Shown: positions 24,165 through 28,459 of the stretch, one piece after another
Position numbering within the stretch: position 1 is the stretch's first letter
Layout: the number at the start of each line of letters is the position of its first letter
Source of the DNA: a virus
Taxonomy: Duplodnaviria > Caudoviricetes
DNA length: 28,459 nucleotides
IMG/VR virus record: IMGVR_UViG_3300049009_000331
Span: 1-28,459 of that record
Strand: one strand, 5' to 3'
Program-made: the position numbers and the translations under genes
The notes under the pieces: model-generated
Told to the model about the DNA's origin: nothing
The model's input: the letters and a program-made list of their open reading frames with translations, nothing else
Database searches by the model: none

Positions 24165-24222
24165 TGGGTCTCTCCATTATGTTTGAACCGCATGATTTAG
24201 ATCGGCAGTAGTTTGGTTTCAT
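24148..24222 (-). CDS. 24-aa mini-ORF MKPNYCRSKSCGSNIMERPNGTKL
   Basis: ATGA overlap with the methyltransferase stop; overlaps the portal start. Confidence 0.35.
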   Translation of the reverse strand: MKPNYCRSKSCGSNIMERPNGTKL

Positions 24223-24794
24223 CTGTGTAGTATTGAGAGCCCTCTACCTTCAGTGGTGTTGAGCGTGATTGTGTTATACTTATAGTGCGCTGCGTATTCG
24301 ACAAGCTTCTTTGGTCCATCCAAGTGGATGGTGTCATGGTAAGCAATCACACCGCCACGGCTCACCAACTTCTCCACAAGCTTGAACTCGGGAAGGATGG
24401 CAGCCCAAGAGTGGTCCGCATCCACGAAGATAAGGTCGAAGTGATTCTTCTGAAGCTTGCCAAGTTCATCCAATGAATTGCCCAAGATGAAGTCAATCGA
24501 CTTGCCACCCTCTGCCATCAATGCCGTTGTCTTGTCTGTGCGATAGTCATTGATGTCGATACCAATATACTGCCCACCCTTTGGAAGCGCATTGATTAAG
24601 TGCTGCGTTGTCTCACCCTCAAACACTCCAATCTCGAGCACCGTCATGTACTTGCTCATCTTGATTAGTGATGCTAAGAAAGCACCGCACTCATCCTCGG
24701 AGTTCCAGTCATGTCGAGCAACCTCTGTGAATGTCTCTGTTGTTACAATTGCCTTAGCCTTGCGGCCTCGTTTCTTTGGTTCAGCGTTTTCCAT
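24219..24794 (-). CDS. Class I SAM-dependent methyltransferase (Methyltransf_24-like, O-methyltransferase type)
   Basis: VLEIGVFEG, YIGIDI, FDLIFVDADH and GGVIAYHD motifs. Confidence 0.88.
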   Translation of the reverse strand: MENAEPKKRGRKAKAIVTTETFTEVARHDWNSEDECGAFLASLIKMSKYMTVLEIGVFEGETTQHLINALPKGGQYIGIDINDYRTDKTTALMAEGGKSIDFILGNSLDELGKLQKNHFDLIFVDADHSWAAILPEFKLVEKLVSRGGVIAYHDTIHLDGPKKLVEYAAHYKYNTITLNTTEGRGLSILHR

Positions 24795-25734
24795 CTGCAT
24801 ATTTATTTTGTGCAATCCTGCTTATTAGGTAGATATGTCGTTGACCAATTGCCTTGAAGTCCGCATTGAGCATCCTGTCAAGCCAGTTGATATAAAATAT
24901 CGGAGTGAAGCCTGCGCCGCCGTAGTAGCTTTGCAAGTAATAGTTTTCAGTAATCTCTTCAAAAGTCAAACCGCGCTGCATCGAGAAGTGAATCACTCCA
25001 CCCTCGCTGCCTTTGATTTGCTCGTAAGCTTTCAGCGCAGGGTCAATGCCATGAATCGCAAGTGCTACATTCATGTACAACTCATCTGGCTGCCCACCGC
25101 CCCACTTCATGCGAAGCTTCTTGATTTCGATTGGGTTGTTGGTGTAAAGGTCAAGCGCAGTGCGATAGATGGCTTCACTCTGTGAGCCTTTCACTATCCA
25201 CTGAATCGAGCTGTTGATGGCAGGCATCACGTAGGATGATAGCAAATTGAAGTGCTCCCACATTGTGTCAGCCCATGCCCACTGCATCTGCTTGAAGTCG
25301 CGCCCCTTGTCGATGGTGTGGTATCCCACGCAATGGCTTATGTAATTTTTGCCCGACTGACTTAGTTCGTCAATCATAGGCTGAATGTCTTTGAGCGCAA
25401 GAGCATCTACATCAAGGTAGAGGTTGCGGTCGTATGGCAGGTACTTGTATAAATTCATCTTGACCTTGCCCGGGTCAAGCTTCTTGTTGGTGTAGATATC
25501 ATCAGCATCGATGTCGCCAATGTCATTGATGTACTTCATGAACTCTGGGCAGTGTGATAGACCCTTTAGCTTGTCATCAAACAGCACCGTGATATTAACA
25601 TTCGGGTTGTGCTTCCTAATGCTGAAAGCAAGGTTGTAAGCAGCCCAATAGTATTGAGGCTTACCGAATGCCAAAAGCACCACCCCTGTGGTAGGAGTGA
25701 TGCTCTGAGTAGTAGCTGTTAATTCTTCCGTCAT
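24781..25734 (-). CDS. GT-A fold glycosyltransferase (GT8-like)
   Basis: GVVLLAFG..Y...AYNLAFSIR N-terminus, DxD motif NLYLDVD, NSS, and GQPDELYMN. Confidence 0.75.
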   Translation of the reverse strand: MTEELTATTQSITPTTGVVLLAFGKPQYYWAAYNLAFSIRKHNPNVNITVLFDDKLKGLSHCPEFMKYINDIGDIDADDIYTNKKLDPGKVKMNLYKYLPYDRNLYLDVDALALKDIQPMIDELSQSGKNYISHCVGYHTIDKGRDFKQMQWAWADTMWEHFNLLSSYVMPAINSSIQWIVKGSQSEAIYRTALDLYTNNPIEIKKLRMKWGGGQPDELYMNVALAIHGIDPALKAYEQIKGSEGGVIHFSMQRGLTFEEITENYYLQSYYGGAGFTPIFYINWLDRMLNADFKAIGQRHIYLISRIAQNKYADGKR

Positions 25735-26273
25735 TATGCGAATACTCCAGCAGGAGCGTCGTATTGTTCAGGTATGTTTTTGTTTCTCCAAGAGAAGGTC
25801 ACCTCATAACGCTGAAGCTCGTTGTTCTGCTCAGGCAAGATGAAGTTTGCAGATGTCGTGATGCCAACAGGAGCAGTGATATAAATCACCTTTCCGCTGT
25901 CGCACATGTACGCAAGTATCCAAGAGATACGGCGATTGTTTACATCGTTCCAGAATGTGTTGTTGCCATCGGTCACGTTAGCATCGTACAAAGTCGCAGT
26001 GCGATCTTCGTTGATACGGATTGAAGTGCCACAGCCGATTGGTGAATCGACAGTGATAGGAGATCCCGCAGGAAGTGCAAAGCGGATGTCGCTGATTAGT
26101 CTTGCTTCGCCAGATAAAAGTAAGGCATCGATTGCAACTGCATCCGATGGATCAACAAGTTCTGTTCCGCAAGCTCCTACAATAATAGCGGATACACCGC
26201 CGAGTTTATATTCGTTGCAGATCACTAAGTCGTGCTCTAGCAAGGATGTGTCGCAATATGATACACAGGCCAT
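25734..26273 (-). CDS. Putative major tail (tube) protein
   Basis: 179 aa, acidic and beta-rich, with its own promoter element and a leader like the capsid gene's. Confidence 0.5.
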   Translation of the reverse strand: MACVSYCDTSLLEHDLVICNEYKLGGVSAIIVGACGTELVDPSDAVAIDALLLSGEARLISDIRFALPAGSPITVDSPIGCGTSIRINEDRTATLYDANVTDGNNTFWNDVNNRRISWILAYMCDSGKVIYITAPVGITTSANFILPEQNNELQRYEVTFSWRNKNIPEQYDAPAGVFA

Positions 26274-26350
26274 TTGTAAAAAGAGTTTGTATTGTTGTTT
26301 CGCTGTTGGATAGGTCGCGGCAATACACCTACTTGGTCTCTATGTAATTA

Positions 26351-26358
26351 CAAAGTTA
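26351..26358 (-). promoter_or_regulatory. -7 element TAACTTTG upstream of the putative tail tube gene
   Basis: TAnnTTTG match overlapping the stop of the previous gene. Confidence 0.5.
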
Positions 26359-28011
26359 CAAAATAAATTCTTGATATAAGTTAACAGAATCTTCAGTTGT
26401 CAATCTTTGCTCATCCTGCGCCAACAAGAACGGCTCATCGTTGTTGTCCAATATACTTGGCAAGCAGTCAGCATCCGTGTTGCTGCAAATGGTCTTGCGC
26501 ACCTTAGATGACTTAAGAGCAAGGTCGATGTTCAATGCTCCAAGTTCGTCTGCATCATTGTACTCGATATCTGGGAACTCGCCATCGATGGCATAGTATA
26601 GGTCGCCGTTCACATAGCAGTTGTCGTAGTAGAAGATGGTCGACAAGAAGTCGAGCACGTATTCAGGTAATCGGCCAAAGGCGAATGTCCACTTCTTCTC
26701 GCGGTCAACGTATGTCGTCTGATATCTGCCAGAGGCAAAGCGGAAGTTGTTCACCTCTGTGACATACTGCGCTCTGAACTTGCGCCCCTCCAATCGGATG
26801 GCAGGCAAGAAGGATGAGCCGCCAAATGCAAGGTTGAACTGATCCTCTGCGTTGCAGCCTTCAATCTTGAAGTACTTGCACTCGTCATTGTAGTCGCCAA
26901 TAGCAATCACATCAGAGAACAAGTCCCACTGGATGTCCGCATCTGCAATTTGGATGTCGATGTAGTTGATGATTGCGCCGCCATCTCTTGGAGTTGGATT
27001 CCTAACAATCACTTGCACGTGTAGGTCTCCTGCCCCTGCTTGCACTAATACATTCTGATAGCCTGTGCCAAACACCTCAACCTCGTTGCCACCAATGCTG
27101 ATGAAGATGGTAACTTCATCACGTGATGCAATGAATATGCCGACATTATAGAACAAGTCCTCGCATGGAGTGTTGCCTCGATTAGATGTAAAGTATACTA
27201 CTTGACCACTATCAACAATAAATTCTACCTCTCCTTCGCTTAGTGATGTTGTACCTGTTCCGCTTGTTGTCCATCCATCTACACCTACCCTTGGCAAGCT
27301 TCTGAACTCACCATTGTAGACATAGTTCTGTCCGCAGGTGTTAGTACAGAAGTCAGTCATCGCAAGTCGGTAGCAGCCTGCTCCAAGCACCACATCCGTC
27401 AAGTCAAAGGCCGCAGTAATCTTGTTGTCCTTAAGCGTATAAAGCGGAGCAACAAGGTCAACCGTCTCCAATGTCACCGCATCGACTATGCCCACCTTCA
27501 TCTGATTGCCAGATGCAAGGCCGTCAACTTGGATGTATGTACTTAAGCAGCCAACCCATCCATCAATATTTGTTTGAAACACAAGAGTGACGCTGTTGCC
27601 AGTGATAGTTGGATTTGCAAAGAACAGCGTATAAGTGCCAGGTAAGGTGATTGCATAACTTGATGAGCCATACATCTCAACATTCAATGCGCCTTGATCC
27701 AATGTCAAGATAGTGAATGTCACTTGGTACACTTGGTATATGTAGTTGGTGTTTAAGTAAAGAGCAAAGATGCCGCTTTCATTTACATTAGTACTGCAAA
27801 CAGTACCATCAACAAGGTTGTTTCCCCATCCACCTTGAAATGTATCATAAAAAAACATCCTTGCACTATTGCATGGTGTCGTCTCCACTTGGAAGAACAC
27901 TTGGTCATTGAAGTCGAGCAGCTGCTTGTAGTCGCCGCCGCAGTCTGGGCAGTCGACAACAGTGTTGCTTGTGAAGATGATAGGCTGATTCGGTATGGAA
28001 GTGAAGCTCAT
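26356..28011 (-). CDS. Virion structural (tail/baseplate-type) protein, 551 aa
   Basis: Beta-rich acidic protein with a carbohydrate-binding-like middle region (NYVYNGEF...GWT) and a C-terminal LLAQDEQRLTTED motif. Confidence 0.6.
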   Translation of the reverse strand: MSFTSIPNQPIIFTSNTVVDCPDCGGDYKQLLDFNDQVFFQVETTPCNSARMFFYDTFQGGWGNNLVDGTVCSTNVNESGIFALYLNTNYIYQVYQVTFTILTLDQGALNVEMYGSSSYAITLPGTYTLFFANPTITGNSVTLVFQTNIDGWVGCLSTYIQVDGLASGNQMKVGIVDAVTLETVDLVAPLYTLKDNKITAAFDLTDVVLGAGCYRLAMTDFCTNTCGQNYVYNGEFRSLPRVGVDGWTTSGTGTTSLSEGEVEFIVDSGQVVYFTSNRGNTPCEDLFYNVGIFIASRDEVTIFISIGGNEVEVFGTGYQNVLVQAGAGDLHVQVIVRNPTPRDGGAIINYIDIQIADADIQWDLFSDVIAIGDYNDECKYFKIEGCNAEDQFNLAFGGSSFLPAIRLEGRKFRAQYVTEVNNFRFASGRYQTTYVDREKKWTFAFGRLPEYVLDFLSTIFYYDNCYVNGDLYYAIDGEFPDIEYNDADELGALNIDLALKSSKVRKTICSNTDADCLPSILDNNDEPFLLAQDEQRLTTEDSVNLYQEFIL

Positions 28012-28459
28012 CGAAGTATCTTGTTTGATTTAAGTGTTATGGAAGCATCCTGCTTGATGATGCTCTTGATGTCTACCTTGTTGATGTAACCCTCAATCAC
28101 TCGAAATCGGTCATCGTATCTACCGAATGATATTGGTCTTGATGTGTTATCAAGTATCTGCTCAATCTCAGTCATGGTCAATGGTCTCTCAAAGTTGTAA
28201 AGATATGCTCTTACGTCTTCAATGTTTACTGCTTCTAACTCGCTTGGTGGGTTGTTTGCTAATAATGGTATACCATTTATAATTAATTGAGTGGTGTATA
28301 GAATGCCGTCTTCTATACCATCATTTTGAATTGCTTGATTAACAGGTGGACCTGCCGTGCCAATTTTAGTTGAGACATTAATTTTTATTTTGTCCCCTGC
28401 ATTCATTAATATATTTATTTGCTTTGTTGCAATAGTAACATTGACTGATTGCTTTTGTA
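28008..28459 (-). CDS. C-terminal part of a tail structural protein, truncated by the window edge
   Basis: The frame stays open upstream of 28406 to the window end (QKQSVNVTIATKQINILM...). Confidence 0.6.
   Translation of the reverse strand, partial: QKQSVNVTIATKQINILMNAGDKIKINVSTKIGTAGPPVNQAIQNDGIEDGILYTTQLIINGIPLLANNPPSELEAVNIEDVRAYLYNFERPLTMTEIEQILDNTSRPISFGRYDDRFRVIEGYINKVDIKSIIKQDASITLKSNKILR

Noticed and set aside
24219-24794. DNA methyltransferase call
   Set aside because: No DPPY/NPPY or PCQ motif; the motifs match small-molecule/glycan class I methyltransferases.
142-28089. The many plus-strand ORFs in the six-frame track
   Set aside because: They are antisense shadows of well-supported minus-strand genes, with no recognisable motifs.
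1-28459. Integrase/att site, tRNA genes, reverse transcriptase/DGR, stop-codon reassignment
   Set aside because: None seen. Genes are full length under the standard code and I noticed no template/variable repeat pair in the fibre genes. Lifestyle cannot be determined from this window.

Overview
A 28.5-kb segment of a tailed dsDNA phage (Caudoviricetes). The host is most likely a Bacteroidota member, judging by recurrent TAnnTTTG promoter elements, a BT4734/VirE-type primase-helicase and A-rich start regions with no Shine-Dalgarno sequence. Essentially all genes are on the minus strand. Read right to left they are: tail/structural proteins, a probable tail tube, glycosyltransferase plus methyltransferase, portal, minor head, scaffold, major capsid, head-tail/neck proteins, tail fibre, lysis cassette, early and recombination genes (SSB-like, HNH, YopX, PD-(D/E)xK exonuclease), an intein-containing SF2 helicase, primase-helicase, an iteron-like repeat region, VRR-NUC, small terminase and the probable start of the large terminase. 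Four observations stand out. (1) A 295-aa intein in helicase motif II has no in-frame endonuclease. Instead a complete Zn-finger/NUMOD3-like/Vsr(DUF559) endonuclease gene is nested in its +1 frame, with a consensus Bacteroidota promoter written into the intein block-B codons. (2) A predicted -1 ribosomal frameshift at the last codons of the major capsid gene adds a 26-aa repeat tail. (3) A PAS-like plus HisKA protein with no ATPase domain sits in the lysis cassette. (4) A glycosyltransferase/methyltransferase pair lies within the virion module. All calls come from reading motifs by eye; no searches were run.
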